DNA from: Bilabrum cf. latius
Lineage: Eukaryota
Assembly: GCA_965178125.1 (NCBI GenBank)
Contig: OZ237737.1
Span: forward strand, 1,364,001-1,428,000
Direction of reading: 5' to 3'
DNA length: 64,000 bases
Each line of letters starts with the position of its first letter. The stretch's first letter is position 1. The notes beneath the pieces were generated by a model, which saw only the letters and a list, made by a program, of their open reading frames with translations, was not told where the DNA came from and made no database searches. Positions 61,301 through 64,000 of this stretch are shown here, piece after piece. A program made the position numbers and the translations under genes.

Positions 61301-64000
61301 TTGAAACAGGTGTATTGCCTCTCCAGTACCGAGCCAAGAAAGAAGCGTTCACCGTCTTGCTCCGGATCTTCCTCGGGTATTTTCCTCTGCAGCCGCTTTA
61401 GATGTCGGCGTAGTATGCTGCCGAACTTTCAGTGGTACAGGTAACGCTTGAGGATGAATTTGGAGACGCGTACAGGGCATTCCTGGCATCGCTTGAGAGA
61501 GCAGAGGCTCGAGAGAGGGAGCGCGTCGAGGACTACAAGCGCCGGAGTGCATTGTTTGGCAGGGATGTCGCAGCAGTCGTCACCAAGAGCAGCTCAGACA
61601 CTGGTTCCGCGGTGCCGCTCCGGGATAGGCTGCGCCGCGCGGTCGTTGCTGTCACGGTGACCAACAGAATCAGGCGGTTTGCTAGTCTGACTGCACGACC
61701 ACAGGCGTCCGGTGCAGTCTCAGGGTACCGTAGCAGGCGTGGAAGCGTAGAAATCCGACGATTGAGCCATGAACAGGCCGCTGAGCTCCATGACGTTGCG
61801 ATTGAACGAGACAGAGAGGGCCACATGGGCGAGGCCCAGGCTGGCGACCAGCTTGCCGACCAGAATCCCGCCGTATCCGACAAACGAGCCTTCGGAGGAC
61901 TGCATGCCACCTTGCTTGGAAGCTCACCCGAAGGCACAAATCAGTTGGCTGGCCAGCGGTTCAAAACTGAGTTCTCTCCGGCTGCTGATGACGGGAATAC
62001 CACAAGTGGGAATTAGTCTGGCGACCGAGTCGGCCCGGGGTTTCGAATCGGATCGAGCGCCCGCAAGCCTGAGTACCTTCTTTCGGCAAGCATGCAGCTG
62101 AAATCGAAGGCAGCTGGGGATGCTCGAAGTGCACTTCAGAAATTCCTCGGTGGAAAGCACCACAAAGGTGCTGCCAGACCGGCTGGAGCTAGCAAGTCTG
62201 CACGGGCCCCAGATGCAGCAGCAGTACCATCAGTGTAGTCGTTCTTTGACCGAGGAGAGCGTGAGGCCGTAGAGCGCCTCTGGAAGAAGCAGAAGAAGGA
62301 GATCATGGGCAAGCAAGAGGCAAAGATACTTGGAGCGCAGTACTCTACCGACATGCAAGCGCAGACCGGGCTGGACATCGCACGAATCGCAAGAATGCAG
62401 GCCCTCGCGCAGCAAAGGGACGCAGCTGAGTCTACATGGATGGCCTTGCGAGGTCGCGGAGGTGGACACCGACGAGCAAGCCCTCGTGCTGCTAGCTACA
62501 ACGCGAAAGGTTTCTCAGCGCTGTTGGCTGCCTCAAGTGCAGCCAGCGGCAGGATTCCTGGCGCCTTGCTCAGGCTCCAAGCCAGACGTGAGCAAGTTGA
62601 TCGGAGTGCTCTCCTGGGCACTGAGCTGCGCAAGAGACTCTTGCAGTATTTTCATGAACGAGCTGCATGGCTTCCTCCAATTGTAGATGCTCGTAGATAG
62701 AAGATTCGCAGAGACAAAGCCAACGACATCAGCCTTGTTGCAGATCGCGTATCTTTGCCATTGCTACCAATGCATCGCCTTCAGATGGTCCTTCTTCGTG
62801 CTGGAGTGCGCACATCATCCTCTGAGCTTCGCATGGTCGTTGAGGACAGTGGTTTAGATCCGTCTTGGCTCGATGGTCCGAGCGGTAGTGTATCCAGCTC
62901 ACGTTTCTCGAGGGCATCAAATTTGGCAAGGAGTCCCAGGGGCGGCGGTGAGCCCGACGAGCTGGCTGGGAGATCGATGGACCCCATTGAAAAGGCCGAA
63001 CTGGATACCATTCGATCCAGGGGATGGTATGCTAAAAAAGAGGCTAGGCTATCGGAAGAAGTAGCTCACAGCTCCCATGGGTCGGATCAGCAGCAGCTAG
63101 TCGGGATGCTAACTGCTAGCATGATGTTGTTGGTCGCCTCCAGGGCAAAGCACCTACGCTCTCGATTGGACAGAGCTCTTATGTCGGAAGCCCAGTTCGT
63201 TTGCGCCTGCCAGCACATAGGAGTCCATGGTTTGGTTGACGTTGACCGATAGAAGCGGCGAGAGCGTGCTCGGTAGAACTTCAGGAATGCGATGAAGAGG
63301 GTCCGTCTGCTGCTTGGAAACATTGATGCGCTTTCAAACTTGCTGGATAGATCGCCGCCCCCGCCCGACGCTGAGGTATCTTGCTGGCGCCTGGTCTTGT
63401 CCATCATGTTGTAGAGGTGCTATGCTGGAATGGCGTGCCTGTTTGACCCGGCAGTAGTCCGCCGACTTGGTCAGTCCGTCCCTTCGTTATGCAAGCGCTC
63501 CGAGTCAGCGAACCCGGCCGGGTTTTACCGCCACGAACGAAGAGCTCAGGACGTGACTGGCGTCGGTATAGTTCCGATGTCGGCTGTTCTCATTTGGCTG
63601 CGACACGCCAAACTGCAAAGCGTGAGTTCTTCCAGCGGGTCAAGGGTATGGACACGAGAGAATGTCGTCAGGCAGGCGAAGCATATCATGTCTGCTCGCT
63701 TTGGCGATCCTGGGCAGGCGCACTAGCCTGGCGGGCCAGGAGCGAGACCCACTGGCAGTGGCAGACCGACGCTCCGATTCGAAGTGGAGCTTGGCGGATT
63801 CGGGTTAGACATGTCAACTTCATTCGTTCCTTTCTCAGTTTTCCGCCACTTGATTGTGCGTCTGATCACAGATGAGTACGTGAAAGACCATGGATAGCGG
63901 GAACGCTTCCTGTTTCACGGTCGAGGACCTGTACCGCAGCCAATGAAGTGCTTGCTCGTATCGCTGCCGTGCCCTCCACTGTCTATGGTGCTCTGCGCCC
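58390..64000 (+). CDS. Large hypothetical protein (>1,860 aa), 3'-truncated by the window; ~21 internal TAGs
   Basis: ORFs 58363, 59242, 59446, 60286, 61432, 62305, 62755 and 63430 share one frame. There is no TAA or TGA in frame from ATG 58390 to the window end, and an AT-rich intergenic region precedes it. I recognise no family. Confidence 0.7.

Noticed and set aside
1-64000. Mass pseudogenisation or RIP-like CpA-to-TpA mutation as the source of internal stops
   Set aside because: Decay would also give TAA (from CAA), TGA and frameshifts. Only TAG occurs, and catalytic motifs of essential genes are intact.
1-64000. TAG as pyrrolysine, Trp (A-to-I editing), Leu or Tyr
   Set aside because: The diagnostic sites align with Gln (GAQPP, GHLQT, IQK). 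No pyl genes are present, and TAGs are too many and too scattered for site-specific recoding.

Overview
This is gene-dense, GC-rich, intron-poor nuclear DNA from a flagellated eukaryote. The Ala/Gly/Ser-rich insertions suggest a Cafeteria-like bicosoecid stramenopile, but that taxon is only an inference. The standard-code ORF track is fragmented because TAG is not a stop here. Reading TAG as sense joins the fragments into 11 genes: an RGS-domain protein, aldose 1-epimerase, Pcf11, a peroxidase-DOMON-cytb561-cytb5-FNR fusion, a double CW-finger protein, a MYST acetyltransferase, a giant leishmanolysin-like protein, an ABHD1/3-like hydrolase, a RetSat-like oxidoreductase, an ~8,466-aa axonemal dynein heavy chain and a large orphan. 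By manual count they hold about 127 in-frame TAG codons and no in-frame TAA or TGA. TAG sits at conserved Gln positions, and all 10 visible gene ends are TGA. This points to a nuclear code with UAG=Gln decoupled from UAA (translation table 15-like). A 5-nt micro-exon supplies the Gln of the peroxidase WGQFxxHD motif. No tRNA, rRNA, CRISPR array or mobile element was recognised.
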